This document shows positions 1-13,654 of a stretch of 64,000 nt of DNA, piece after piece. The notes under the pieces are model-generated. The model did not search any database, was not told where the DNA came from, and was given only the letters and a program-made list of their open reading frames with translations. Position numbers and translations under genes: made by a program. Location: NCBI GenBank assembly GCA_951406725.2, contig OX597836.1, positions 3,410,001 to 3,474,000 on the forward strand, given 5' to 3'. Source of the DNA: Octopus vulgaris (taxonomy: Eukaryota). Each line of letters begins with the position of its first letter. Position 1 is the stretch's first letter.

Positions 1-110
1 ATATATCACACATACACATATATACATATATATATATACATATATATATGTAGATATGTATACATATATATATATATATATATATATTTACATATACATA
101 TACATACATT

Positions 111-200
<90 letters not shown>

Positions 201-210
201 TATGTATATA
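1..210. repeat. Compound (TA)n/(TACA)n microsatellite, one example of dozens in the window
   Basis: Directly visible dinucleotide and tetranucleotide runs. Confidence 0.97.
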
Positions 211-419
211 TGGTAATGCCTGGCATACTGCAAGACGGTGGCCTATTAATGGTGTGACTTCATATTTTCTAATGAAAGAAAGAAAACTCCCGGGAATTGT
301 CAACAAAACAATCTCTCTTTATGTGAAGCTTCAAGTAAAAGTACCTGTATGTATGTACACACAGACACCCACTTATATATATACATGGGTGTAAGTGTGT
401 GCGTCTGCTTGTGTACGTG

Positions 420-496
<77 letters not shown>

Positions 497-732
497 GTGT
501 GAGTGTAAATATATATATGGATGTATGTAGATATATATTTATTTAAAATGTGTAATTTTTGGAAGGTATCTGCCTTGAGTTCTTTTTGATTAACTTGGAA
601 AACATAACTTCATATTAGTATACACTCTTCGCTCTCAGCTTATTGAATTCTCTTGTATAGTCACTATATAATATATATTCAATTTGCACTAACATATATA
701 TATATACATATATACATATATATATTTATATT

Positions 733-769
<37 letters not shown>

Positions 770-820
770 CATATATGTAAATATGTATTTGTGTATATAT
801 ATATATGTATATATATAGAT

Positions 821-852
<32 letters not shown>

Positions 853-857
853 ATAGG

Positions 858-909
<52 letters not shown>

Positions 910-1206
910 AAGATAGATAGATGTATATACGTGTGTGTGCATTTTTGTGTGCGCCTCAGTGTGAGTAAGACGTGTATTCGGATGTATATGTGTGCCTGGA
1001 GGGATAGAAGTAGATAACCACATAGATATTAAGCATGTTAGCATTTCAGCATCTTTTCCTCCATACCTCTGATGTGCTAACCTTCATTCATACCGATATA
1101 TCCGCATGCACGCAGACTAATATATAGATCCATACATCAATATATACGTACACATATATATGCATACATCTATGTACATCTGCATATATAAGTAAAAATA
1201 CATCAC

Positions 1207-1312
<106 letters not shown>

Positions 1313-1379
1313 TGTATGTATGTATATATGTATGTATGTATGCACTTTTCTGTATATATCTGAATGTATGAAGGCGTGC

Positions 1380-1790
1380 ATATATCTTGCTATTCAAGTT
1401 TATTTGAAAAATTTCTTATAAATAGTGAATGAACCGGTTTCTAACCTAGACCCAAGGCTCTTTCATTGGAATTTCAGCAACATCATTCGGGTATTTGTGC
1501 ATGTCAGTGTGTTGGTGTGCAGATTTATATATTTTGTTTGATGTATGTATTCTAATGCATACAGCTGCATGTCAACACGTGCATATATACTTAAATGCTA
1601 AATTTCTGGTAAGTTTTACAGATTTGTACAGTTCCACTGATGGCTTAAATTGATTTTCTCCTTTCTTGTTTTCAGAAGCCTGATTTCTCAAGATTGGTGC
1701 ATAGGCAGTTTGTTACATATCCCAGTGTCCCAATATTTACGGGTATTAATCTGAATTTATAACCTGGGTAGAGTAACTAAATTTCTTATG
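1380..1790 (-). mobile_element. 3' end of an R4/Dong-like RLE LINE (C-terminus plus 3' UTR), degraded
   Basis: Minus strand reads LLYPGYKFRLIPVNIGTLGYVTNCLCTNLEKSGF*KQERR, aligning with LLYPDYNFRFVPVIIGALGYVAHCLNTNLEKFGF in ORF 26253-26483. The UTR matches 26968-27075. Confidence 0.85.
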
Positions 1791-1814
1791 TACGTATGTA
1801 TGTATATATATATT

Positions 1815-2147
1815 GTTCTCTTTCTTTTTGTAATTAAGAATGAATTTTCACCGGCAACCTACAATGTAGCAAGGTTGTGAAGAAAAATATCATATTTTGT
1901 TCGTCATCCTTTAAATCTTAAGAAAGTCTTGCAGATTTATATATTTCCTGATATTGTGATCGTCTGTAATGAATGAATTAAAGATTTGTCTTCTCTCCGC
2001 AGGATCTTAAGTTCAGCCATATTTTGCTCCAGACTGGTCGGTATGTATCCTGTTGCTCCAAAACTAATAGTTATGAAGTTGGAAGTCTATCTTGGGTACT
2101 GGATATGCAAACACCTTATTAATGGTCCATATATATCCTCTTTCTCT
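1815..2147 (-). mobile_element. 3' end of a second, divergent R4/Dong-like LINE
   Basis: Minus strand reads EKEDIYGPLIRCLHIQYPR*TSNFITISFGATGYIPTSLEQNM...SLQTITISGNI*ICKTFLRFKG*, the post-RLE C-terminal pattern. Confidence 0.75.
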
Positions 2148-2197
2148 ATGTATGTGAAGGCGCATGGCTCAGTGGTTAGAGCCATGTGCCTTGTATA

Positions 2198-2302
2198 TAT
2201 TCTATCGGTCTCTATTTTATAAATCGCTAAGTTACGGGGATGTAAACACACCAAAATCGATTGTCAAGCGATGGTGGGGAGACAGACACAAATAAGTAAT
2301 AC

Positions 2303-2374
<72 letters not shown>

Positions 2375-2530
2375 GACGGGCTTCTTTCAGTTTCCGTCTA
2401 CCAAATACACTCACAAAGCTTTGGTTGACCCGAGGCTAAAGTAGAAAACACTTATCCAAGGTGCCACGCAGTGAGACTTGAAGCCGAAACCATATGGTTG
2501 GGAAGCAAGCTTCTTACGACACAGCTACTC
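2198..2530 (-). mobile_element. SINE family A (tRNA head, CORE-like segment, internal (TA)n), 3'-incomplete
   Basis: Homologous to 38726-39174; minus-strand head with A/B-box-like motifs and CACCTTGG segment. Confidence 0.88.
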
Positions 2531-2560
2531 AGAGAGAGACAGACAGACAGAGTGTGTGTT

Positions 2561-2597
<37 letters not shown>

Positions 2598-2704
2598 TTA
2601 GTACTTTTTTAGCCCATGGTGCCAAAGAGCGGTATCGAACCCGTGAAGGTATATTCGTAAAATTAAGCTCTTCCATCTTTCAACCACGCCGAATCTATTG
2701 CTAC

Positions 2705-2789
2705 CTGCTCCAACTCATTCGTGTACAAGTATACGTACAAAGCTTTCGGTTGGACAGAAAAACAACTCAAGAGAGGACGAGAAAACTTT
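2705..2789 (-). CDS. Candidate host exon (85 nt, phase 2 to 0), unknown product
   Basis: Pyrimidine-rich acceptor CATCTCACTTAG, donor CAG|GTAGCA, only one open frame (KFSRPLLSCFSVQPKALYVYLYTNELEQ). No recognised homology. Confidence 0.22.
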
Positions 2790-2884
2790 CTAAGTGAGAT
2801 GAAGTGAGCCATCTACACACACGAAGAGAAGACCGTGAACTGAGGAGAGGATGAGAGGACATATGACACAGAAGAGACTGACAG

Positions 2885-3290
2885 ACAGACAGACAAATAA
2901 ACCGGCAGTCAGGTAGAATGAGAGATCAACGGGCAGACAGATAAACAGAGAGGGCAGGTGAACGAGAAGGAAGGTGAACGAAAGGGCAGGTGAACGAGAG
3001 GGTACGTGAACTAGAAGCCAGGTGAACAGACGGATACCAATCAGATCGAAAGACAAATATTTACTCACAGACAGACTAACAGAGAGAGATCGATCGAGGA
3101 ATACATAATGGGCAGGAGACAGTCGAACAGACAGACAAATAAACCGGCGGATAGGCAGCAAATAAACCGGCAGTCAGGTAAATAGAGAGGGCAGGTGAAT
3201 AAACGGATGCCAATCAGATCGAAAGACAAACATTCACTCACAGACAGACTAACAGACAGAGAGGCCGAGGAATATATAATGGGACAGACA
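2885..3290. repeat. Diverged purine-rich tandem duplication
   Basis: 3021-3115 and 3194-3286 share CCAATCAGATCGAAAGACAAA...CTCACAGACAGACTAACAGA; AAATAAACCGGC occurs three times. Confidence 0.85.
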
Positions 3291-3769
3291 GACAGATTGC
3301 CTAAGAGAGGCAGAAGTAACTATAAGCGCCGTAAGAAAAGAGACCAGGTATAAAATGTGCGTACACGTACGTGGATATATGTGTGTGTGTGTCAGTGAGT
3401 GTATATGTGTGTGTGTATGAGAGTGAGTATTGTGTGTGCATGTATGTGTTTATTAGATTGTATGCATGTGTGTGTATGTGCCGGCGACTCTGTGTTGAAT
3501 GGATGTGTGTGTCGGCGTGTGTGTGTGTGTGCATGTGTCAGGCTGTGCATTGTGTGCGTGAGTATATGTGTGTATTAGACTGTGTGTATGACTATATTGC
3601 ATGTGTGCGGATTGGCTGCAGGAACGTACGGTAGCGTATGCATCTGCATGTGGAACATGCAGTTATGTGAATGTATGTATGTATGTGTGTGTGTGTCTGT
3701 TCGTCTCTCTGCGTCCATATTTATGAGTGGTTTACGCGTGTATATGAGACAGTGGAAGTGTGTATGAGA

Positions 3770-3809
<40 letters not shown>

Positions 3810-3865
3810 ATGTATATATGTATACGTATATATATATATATATATGTGTGTATATATATATATGC

Positions 3866-3896
<31 letters not shown>

Positions 3897-4740
3897 CTTA
3901 TATATATGTACGTATATATATACACATATATACACACACACATATATATATGGATATGTATATATATATGTATGTATGTATGTATATACATGTGTGTGTG
4001 CGTGTGTAGGTGAAACGATGGGTTTCCAGTGTAGATATAGACAGTCAGACAGACAGGTAGATCATGTGAGTGTATCTGTGTCTACGTGTGTGCGTGTATG
4101 TGCGCGTGTGCGTTTGTGAGTATATCTGAAAGTGTAACATGTCTGATGCCCGTATGCGTATGTATATGATTATGTGTACATGTATGTATATAAGTATATA
4201 GCAGCCGTTTATGTATGTATGGATATGTGCTCATGCGCGTATGTATATGATTGTAGACTGCGTGCTGTAGTTTTATGTATATATGTGTGTATATGTGTGT
4301 ATATATGTATGTATACGTAAATGTGTATGCGCGTGTATGTGTGTGTGTGTATGGACTGAAATGAGTGTAAATGGTACAGACTGCGTTGTAAATTCATGTG
4401 GGTGGGTGTATATGTGTGTGTGTGTGTGCGTGTGTCCGAGTCTGTGTGTATATGCGTGTGTATGTGTGTGCGTGTTGGAGAATATGTGTGTGGCCTTATA
4501 TGTCAGAGAAAGAGTTGTTGTTGTTGTTGCTGTGATCAAATGAGTTCCAGCCTTGACCATCCCAACATTTTCTTTCCCTATTTAGAAAGATGAGATCAGC
4601 AAGGGCGTTGACTGTTATTTCTAGCACATCCTTCTACCAGATACTTTGTCGTGTGTACCTGTGTGCATGAGAACAGGCGCTGTACGTATGTGTCAGGTGG
4701 GGAGAGTAAGGTAACGCGGTAAATAACATACAAAATATTT

Positions 4741-4783
4741 TATATCATCACCACCACCACCACCACCACCATCACCGTCGTCG

Positions 4784-4822
<39 letters not shown>

Positions 4823-4846
4823 CCACCACCACCACCATCACCGTCG

Positions 4847-4882
<36 letters not shown>

Positions 4883-5275
4883 CCACCACCACCACCACCA
4901 TCACCGTCATCATCACCATCATCATCACCATCATCATCATCATCATCATCACCATCACCATCACCGTCATCATCATCATCACCACCACCATCACCGTCAT
5001 CATCACCATCATCATCCTCATCATCATCACCATCATCATCATCATTATCATCATCATCACCTTCACCATCATCTTCATCATAACCATCTTTCTACTCATC
5101 ATCATTATCACTATCATTATTATCCTCATCACCACCACCATCATCATCATCATCATCAAAAACAACATCATCACCTTTACCATTTTTATCATAATGGTAA
5201 CAGCAGCAGAAGCAACAGTAGCAGCAGCAGTAGTAGTGGTAGTAGTAGTAGTAGTGGTAGTAGTAGTAGTAGTAT

Positions 5276-5309
<34 letters not shown>

Positions 5310-5345
5310 TTTGATAAAGTGCCAGAAGTGTGATATTATTATTAG
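4741..5345. repeat. Compound trinucleotide tract (CAT/CAC then GCA/GTA)
   Basis: Directly visible. Confidence 0.95.
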
Positions 5346-5816
5346 CACAATGTATAAAGACTATTGAGAATAAATATCACATGATATCTTTCGATATTAC
5401 CCATAACTCCCTGGCTTTTCATCTCCCTCGAGATATTAATCAATTTTACTTTGCACACGTAGATATTCACACACACACACACACACACTTCACACAGACA
5501 CATACATAAATATGTATGTATGTATGTATGCATGTATTTATGTATGTAGGTATGTTTGTGTGTGTGTATGTGTATATGCATGTGTATGTATGTATGTACC
5601 CGCACGAACATATTAAAAAAACATTCAATTATAAATTACACTGGGAGAGAAACTAAATGGTCAAAGTAGCTGCTAGAAATAACAACCAAGTCTCCACTGA
5701 ATTCTATTATGCTATCTTATGAAAAGAAGCGTTGGATGGAAATGGTCTTTGCACGGGCGGAAAGTCTTCGGTTATAGGGCTGCTCATGTTGAGCTGACCT
5801 GGGGTTTAACAACAAA

Positions 5817-5858
<42 letters not shown>

Positions 5859-5860
<2 letters not shown>

Positions 5861-6175
5861 TGTTTGACCCTGGTTCGGTCTTATTCCTAGTAGGGTTTAT
5901 GTGGGTAGCGGGTTACTGCCTGGAACCTTAGGTATCCACAAGTCTTCAGTCGTCCTTCAAGTGCTTAGTACCCTCTTGATAATCCTTGCTGTCCCTAAGA
6001 GACAGACTTTCTGCAGGAACTCTACCGGCCATTCTATTCCAAGCTCTTTCAGCCATTTGTCTATATCTTGGCTCATTGTTCCCAATGCACCAATTATTAT
6101 AGCCACGACCTTTACTGTTCGCATGCTCCAAATCCTTCCTATTTCAAATTTTAAGGGATTGTGTTTTTTCTTTTA
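5859..6175 (-). mobile_element. 3' end of an R4/Dong-like LINE abutting (TAG)n
   Basis: Minus strand open frame KHNPLKFEIGRIWSMRTVKVVAIIIGALGTMSQDIDKWLKELGIEWPVEFLQKVCLLGTARIIKRVLST*, then a short UTR running into (TAG)n. Confidence 0.9.
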
Positions 6176-6330
6176 GTTTTTCATCCTCATTCTTTACGAC
6201 CCTGGAATTCTTATTCTTATTCTTATTCTTATTCTTATTCTTCTTATTATTATTATTATTATTGTTGTTGTTGTTGTTGTTGTTATCATTATTATTATTA
6301 TTATTACTACTACTACTACTACTACTACTA

Positions 6331-6682
6331 TTTATTGCCTTTACACAGCTTTTAGTGAACTAAGGTAACACATCTTATTTACCGAGCACCTTCCGGCGTA
6401 TTCGAGCGGTTCCAAGCAGTGCTGTTTTCTGCAAGTGCTCCAACCTTATTGCAGCCCCTATTTGTTCCACGTACTTCTCGAGATTTTTACTCACTGTTCC
6501 CCGGTCTCCGACAATTATTTATACTATTGCAACCTTTTTCATCGACCCCCAACTGCTTAACTTCCCAAGCTAACCTGTCATATCTCTCGACTTTTCTTCC
6601 TCCCTTATCGCATACCTTGTTGTAAGCTGGGCATGCTATATCTATGATCCAGCATCGTTTGTTGTCTTTCTCAATTAAGACT
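6331..6682 (-). mobile_element. 3' end of an R4/Dong-like LINE with RLE motif
   Basis: Minus strand VLIEKDNKRCWIIDIACPAYNKV...KVERYDRLAWEVKQL...LQKTALLGTARIRRKVLGK*, with frameshifts; same family as 11592-12997. Confidence 0.9.
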
Positions 6683-6691
6683 TAAGACTAT

Positions 6692-6793
6692 GCCCGAGGC
6701 TATAGTAGAAGACACTAGCCCAAAGTGCCACGCAGAGGGACTGACCCTGGACCATGTGGTTGGTAAGCAAGCTACTTACCACACAGCCACTCC
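6692..6793 (-). mobile_element. SINE family A head fragment
   Basis: Matches 39071-39173. Confidence 0.88.
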
Positions 6794-7040
6794 ACTTGCA
6801 TCATAGCTATTGATATTAATCATGGTACACTAGTACTGCACTGAGTACGTCCATGCTGCCTAGCAACTAATCTGGGTGTGTATGTATGTGCGTTTGTATG
6901 TTTGGGTGTTTCCAGAGCGTAAGTAAAATGTTTGGGTTTCCCATCGAGATATTTAACGCCAGTTTATGGTTCTATATAACTTAACTTACTAAATGAAGAA
7001 TATTCCTCTTTCGCCAATTATGTACTATGTGTAATGACTA

Positions 7041-7152
7041 AGCTTTAGGTGCTTTCGCTCAATAAACACTCACAACGCCCGGTCTGGGAATCGAAACCGC
7101 GATCCTATGACCGCGAGTCCGCTGCCCTAACCACTGGGCCATTGCGCCTCCA
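7041..7152 (-). mobile_element. SINE family B tRNA-like head only, flanked by a perfect 33-bp direct repeat
   Basis: A box TGGCCCAGTGG and B box GGTTTCGATTCC on minus strand; CTTTCGCCAATTATGTACTATGTGTAATGACTA at 7008-7040 and 7153-7185. Confidence 0.92.
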
Positions 7153-7849
7153 CTTTCGCCAATTATGTACTATGTGTAATGACTATCAAGGATATAAAAA
7201 AAACTTTAATTAAAAGCATTCGAAAAAAACTTTTGTCGTACGACCATGTAACTTGCACGAATCATAGCAACTATTACGGCATTAGACGCAACTACTTCCA
7301 AATAAACTTCAGGCTCAGAACCATTTACTTTTGAACTCTTAGGCGTGATATGGAAATTGCATTGCCGAGTTAGACTAATAATTTCTAAAGCTATCTTATA
7401 TATAACACTAGGTATGTTAAGAAAACAAAAAGAATCAAAATTTATGGTGAGATTAAATATTATTGTGAACAGAAAATACGAGTGATGAACACCGTTTTAA
7501 TGAAAATCTATACAAATTATATGAAAACTAACGTCCTGAAATAATTATGAAGATATTTAAGCGAAAATATAGGTCATTAATCGAAATTAGAAAATAGAAG
7601 CATACATCACACTTAATGCCCATAAGGAGAATTTAGCCACCAAGTTGAGATGTAAATTAATGAATTAAAATATGTTGGCCGAAAGCTAGGCGAGTGTATA
7701 TTTTGATTTACGGTTCGATAATTAGTTATACAACTATGCAGGAAATTTGAAGAAACAATATTCTCTTTAAAGGATTTATCATCATTATGCGTGTATACAG
7801 ATATAGATACTTAAATAGATAGATAGGCAGATAGATATATACACACACA

Positions 7850-7893
<44 letters not shown>

Positions 7894-7941
7894 GATATAA
7901 TCTCACATTTGTTTATAATTTTGAAGTTTCCTGCTTCAAAG

Positions 7942-8017
<76 letters not shown>

Positions 8018-8245
8018 TTATATATACATATATATATACACACAGACACACACACTATATATATATACATACACATGCCTATACATATATATACACCACA
8101 CACACACATATATATAAAATATTATACATATGAACATATAGCAGCCAAAAAATATACATATATATACACCTGTATATGTATGTTTTTCTTATGTAATTTA
8201 TTTTACGTAATGTATACATATGTACTTGGTGAAATTGATTAATAA

Positions 8246-8306
<61 letters not shown>

Positions 8307-8309
<3 letters not shown>

Positions 8310-9131
8310 GTTGGGATGAATAAATTGTCGTCTAACTTAGGCAAAAATGAAAATAACACTGACTTGTCCCTTTTTTTAAGAAACATATTTATCAAAATTG
8401 CATAAAAATATCTTGAAATACTAAAGAGCAAATTCATTCAATAAAATCGACATTGGCTTCAACCACGGCCACTCGGTGACTTCGGAATCTCCTGCAACTC
8501 TTCTGGGCGGTCTCCTTGTTTAAGTTGGTGAATGCTGCCATAATCCTTGCCTTCAGTTAATCTTTGGTGTTGCAAGGAGTTCCGTTGGTCTCTCGCTCAA
8601 CTTCCACCCCCCATACGTAATAATCAAGGGGGTTGAATCTTGGGGGTTAGGTGACCAGATTTTAGGCAGGCGTGGTGTGGTGTGGTTGCAGAATTTATCT
8701 GACATCCGCGACTGGATTCTCCTGATTGTGTAGCATCGTCCAGAGTCCTGTTGCCAGACATAGGATCTTCCAGCAACCACCGTCTTGACCAGGGCAGCAC
8801 CACCTCTTCCAGGCATTTGATGTAGGATTCCCTGTTGAGTTTGAATCCGTGTGGGAAGACAAATGGAAGCATAGCGTCGCCATAATGTTGAATGGGTATT
8901 TAATATTTATCACTCTCGTTATATGTTCTCATATTACCTTCTTCTCAGATCGACACCCAAACTTTCTCAAAATGTTTCTATTGGAGCTTCCAGCGCGAAT
9001 ACCAAGCAGTACAGCACGTTTTCCCAAATTTCTGGCAAAGTGAATTGCGTCATGGTTCTGTTTTTCTCACAGACGGTGCCTAACTGTCCCTACTATACTG
9101 TGTAGTAGACAAAATCAATAACAGCCACCTG
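8307..9131 (-). mobile_element. Internally deleted Tc1/mariner-superfamily DNA transposon (maT/DD37D-like), transposase pseudogene
   Basis: Minus strand fragments MLPFVFPHGFKLNRESYIKCLEEVVLPW, YVWQQDSG, IWSPN, NPLDYYVW. End CAGGTTGGGATGAATAAATTGTCGTC follows (TA)n; a degenerate inverted partner lies near 9103-9131. Confidence 0.85.
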
Positions 9132-9377
9132 CATGTGTGAAATAAGAGATGTAATATATATATATATATATATATATCCTTACATATAAATATATGCATA
9201 TACATATATACAAATATATATGTATATGCATACATATGCATATATACAAATAAATATACACATACATACATACATACATACATACATACATACACATACA
9301 TACATACATACATACATACATACATACATACATACGTACATTCATACATATTATTAATTATTCTCACATGAACTTAC

Positions 9378-9466
9378 GCAGTGCAATTTTGGTTTGTCTG
9401 GGAGACATATTCAATTACTGAGACTGCACAACGAGTCAACAGGTAGCTGGTCCAATGTCTGTGTGT
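9378..9466 (-). CDS. Candidate host exon (89 nt, phase 0 to 2), unknown product
   Basis: Acceptor TTCCTGTTTTGATTTATTCGTCTAG, donor GC|GTAAGT, only one open frame (THRHWTSYLLTRCAVSVIEYVSQTNQNCT). No recognised homology. Confidence 0.28.
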
Positions 9467-9994
9467 CTAGACGAATAAATCAAAACAGGAATACAGACCT
9501 CAAATACAACACAATGAAAATACTAAATATTTCTCAGAGAATATCTTGGGAGACATCTAGCTGCTAGTTATTGTCGTATTGAAGACAGTTTGTCTCGTAG
9601 CCACACAGTATAAAGACACGGCTGGTGGTAAATAAATTGATCAGGGATGGTGAAATGATCGTGGCGGAGGACACACCGTGTGTTATCGAGAATTGATAAT
9701 TGTTTTAGATGTGGAGCGCCAAAGAGAAAACGCCCTCAGGGAAATCTGTTGGGGGAGGATTAAGATATGACGCCTCAACACGTGACAAGGAGATAGACAT
9801 ATATATATATATATATATATTTATAGAAAGAGGCAATACAATTGTAGTTCCCCTCAAGCAGATATTGAATCAACTAGCGTGCACAACAACACAGCAGGTA
9901 GTCGGAGCAATAGTTTTATATCTACGGATACTCAAACACACACATATATTTTGTTATATACATACACACACATACACACAAACATATATGTGTA

Positions 9995-10037
<43 letters not shown>

Positions 10038-10245
10038 TAATAAATAAAGTATATACATACATACATACATACATATATGTACGTACCTACATCTACATGT
10101 ATATATATATGCATATATAAATAAATATACGTGAGTACAGGACACCACATATATATATATGCATATATATATATATAGCCTTACATGAATACGCATACAT
10201 TTTTAGTGTACCTCTAATTATAAGTATACATACGTCGTTTTAATT

Positions 10246-10450
10246 TGGCTTGTTTCAATCATTAGACTACGACCATGCTGGAGCATCGCCATGGAGAATT
10301 GTTAACCGAAAGAATCGACTCGAAATTTGTTTTGGTTTGGTTTGTTTTTTTTAAATTGGTACTTTGCCAAACCATTAAGTTACTGGGACATTAACAAACC
10401 AACACCGGTTGTCAAGCTGTGGTAGGAGTCAAACACTCACAGACACACAC

Positions 10451-10498
<48 letters not shown>

Positions 10499-10657
10499 CG
10501 GGCTTTTTTCGGTTTCTGTCTACCAAATCCACTTAGAAGACTTTGGTCGACCAGAAAGTTTTGTATAAGACACTTTGCCCAAAGTGCTGTGCAGTGGGAC
10601 TGAACCCGGGTTCCTGTGCTTGAGAAGCAAGCTTCGTACCACTCAGCCATGTCTGCG
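10246..10657 (-). mobile_element. SINE family A, near full length, diverged
   Basis: Both halves homologous to 38726-39174, with internal (CA)(TA)n. Confidence 0.85.
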
Positions 10658-11162
10658 TTTATACAGCATTGTATCGTATTGTTTTCAAAGTTCAAACGGT
10701 GAAGCAACAACGTCAATGAAATAACTGGTATTTCTATAAATTGCGGTGAATAATTTATGAAGTCTTAAAGCATTTGTGCGAGTGTTTTGTTTAATAAGGA
10801 AAGAGATTCTCTGGCAAAGCTCGTTAGCTTGTCGTTAGCCTGAAAGACAATCATCTTCTCATTTTCTTCAACAACTATGAAAGAGAGAGAGAGAGAGACA
10901 GAGAGATAGAGGATAGAAGAGTGAGAAATGCAGTGGGAGAGAGAGGGAGACTGTTATGACAATTTCTCTGGTTTTGGTGTGAAAACATGGAACGGAAGTA
11001 GGTCCACTAATTACGCGTACGAGGGCATACGCACATATATATACATACATATATATATACATATACTTACATAAATAAATACATACATTTGTGTGTGTGT
11101 GTGCATCAACAATATGTATACATATATATATACATATACATATATACATATACAGATGTATG

Positions 11163-11194
<32 letters not shown>

Positions 11195-11591
11195 ATATAT
11201 ATATATGTGTGTATATGTGTGTGTGTGTATATATGTGTGTGTTTGTTTGTGTGTAGAAAGAGAAAAGATTAAAAACCAAAGAAGATTTGTTTTACATGAT
11301 TTAAGAGTATATTAGAGCAATGATAATAAGGACATACAATTTTATACGAAAGACGTTTTTGTCCTTTCAACATAATTGAAGTAAGGACCGGTTTCACATT
11401 GCTCAACAAGCTGAGAGTTGAAAAAGATATATTGCTAGGAGGAGATAATTGTTCACTCATTTATTTTGCAGTAGAGGGGAGGTAAATCTGTAATTTCCAT
11501 TTTTTTTTTTTTTTGTGTGTGCTCTATTTTATTCTGGCTTATTATCTTGCATTAGGTGAGGTAAGTCCTTTATTTTTAATAAGGGTTCATA

Positions 11592-11908
11592 TTTAATTCT
11601 GGTTTATATTGTCTTTGCACAGCTTCTAACGCTGGAGATGTAATACGGTGGCAGCTTATTTTTCGAGCACTATCTGGAGTATTCGAGCGGTTCCAAGCCG
11701 TGCTATTTTCTGCAAGTGCCACACCCTTATTGCGGTCCCTATTTGTTCCATGTACTTCTCAAGATTTTTACTCACTGTTCCCAGGTCTCCGACAGTCATT
11801 ATTACTACTACAACCTTTTTCAGCAACCACAACTGCTTAATCGCCCAAGCTAACCTGTTTTATCTTTTCTTTCTTCCTTATCGTATTCCTTGATATCAAC
11901 TGGGCATG

Positions 11909-11983
<75 letters not shown>

Positions 11984-12997
11984 CCAATATCGTCTTCTTT
12001 CTTTCTCAATTAACACTATGCCTGGTTTCCTATTCTCTATCCCATGGTCGCACTGAATCATACAACCCCATAGGATCTTTGCATTATCATTGTCGACAAT
12101 GCCTTCAGGTTTGTGGTCGTACCACTTTTTTGCTCTGTCAAGTCCATACTTGCTGCAAACTGTCCAATGGACAATCCTTGCTATATTGTCATGACGTCTC
12201 TTATATTCTTTCTAGGTTAGCGGCGTATATTGGCTGGTGATATGCCATACGAGTTCACCATTTTGTCCACAAATTCTGCACTTATCACTTTCTGATGTGT
12301 TGTCTACTCTGTATTTTATATAATCGTTTTTTAATGCTTGCTCTTGGGCAGCACATATTAGAATTTCCGTTTTCGGTTTTAAATCACTTTTAGTCTTTCA
12401 TAGCTATCTTTTTTCTCTGTCTCTCTAATCTTCAACATCCCTATGAAATTGTCCATGGATGCTCTTCTTTATCCACCTATTTTCAGTTTCATTCATTTTC
12501 AATTGCTTGTACACTGCTTTATCTTTGCAATCTTTCATCCTACACAAGCCTGACCTTCTTACTTGCAATAATATCGGTTCTGTAGCAGTTTTTACATACC
12601 ATGTTATGTTGTTTTCTTCTGCCCTAATGCTGTGTTCACATCCAATCAGTCCTCTTCCCCCTCTTCTTCTTGGCACATACAGTCTGTCTGTGTCACTTTT
12701 TGGGTAGAGTGACCCATATCTAGTTAGCAGTTCGTCTACTATCCATGCGATTACCTCTGCTCCATATCTAAGGAGTGAAAACCACCCAGGTGTTTATAGC
12801 TTCAATCTTATTCCGTCCGTTTAATTGCGACTTAAGGATCAGACTCAGTCTACGCAATTACTCCACCTTAAATTTATTTGTCATTTTTTCTCCATTTCCA
12901 AAATCCCCAAGTACTTTTAGCCCGTTTCTTTTTTCTGCTTTATAACCTCCCCCGACTGTAATGCTAGCTCGTCCATACATTTGATTTTGCCTCTCTG
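11592..12997 (-). mobile_element. 5'-truncated R4/Dong-like LINE (RT C-terminal region, zinc knuckle, RLE), pseudogenised
   Basis: Minus strand: MPRRRGGRGLIG; AAQEQAL...KCRICGQNGELVWHITSQY...KRRHDNI; NRKPGIVLIEK...ACP. Stops and frameshifts present; 5' side abuts (ATT)n. Confidence 0.93.
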
Positions 12998-13029
<32 letters not shown>

Positions 13030-13119
13030 TTTTTTTCTTCTTTCAAATTTGCTTCCATTTCTTGCCGAGTGTCTTCCCGACTCCTAGGGCAAAGAAACTC
13101 ATAGTATACATTGGTAGGC

Positions 13120-13230
<111 letters not shown>

Positions 13231-13654
13231 TCGCTGCAGAATACATAGGACGTTCTTTCGAAGATGCTTCGTAAGTTGTGCTTTAAACTGTGTTTTTATC
13301 ACCTTGCTTTTACAATTATATGTAATAAATTTTTGTTATATACTGACAATAAGAACACCAGGAACCTTTTGGCAGGTGGTTAGTGATTGTTTCTACTCCG
13401 TAAGAGGACCTATTTATTCATTTAATTACCTATAGCACTCACAAAATGTCCCATCTTCTATAAAATACACAAACACACAATATGACATCATCATCACCAT
13501 TACAATCGACATCAGTGACCATCATGGGAGCGTTGAAGGGAAATGGCGTTCCTCCCACCAGCCGTTCCACAGAAGCAGATTTCTCCTCCCCTCATATCAT
13601 CCACTCCTAGCGAAAACAAAAACAACGACAACAGCACTGAGGCTACAACATCCC

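Noticed and set aside
2610-2806. Plus-strand ORF 2471-2797 and alternate frame YKYTYKAFGWTEKQLKRGRENFLSEMK
   Set aside because: The ORF starts in SINE A and (GT)n, 2610-2690 looks like a decayed SINE head, and the alternate frame lacks a good acceptor.
5640-5817. Possible fourth short interspersed family (similar words near 4550-4630, 17840-18190 and 48740-48830)
   Set aside because: Similarity between segments is too patchy to define boundaries or class by eye.
7070-7152. Genuine tRNA gene
   Set aside because: A and B boxes are present, but the sequence continues into SINE B body sequence found in other copies in the window.
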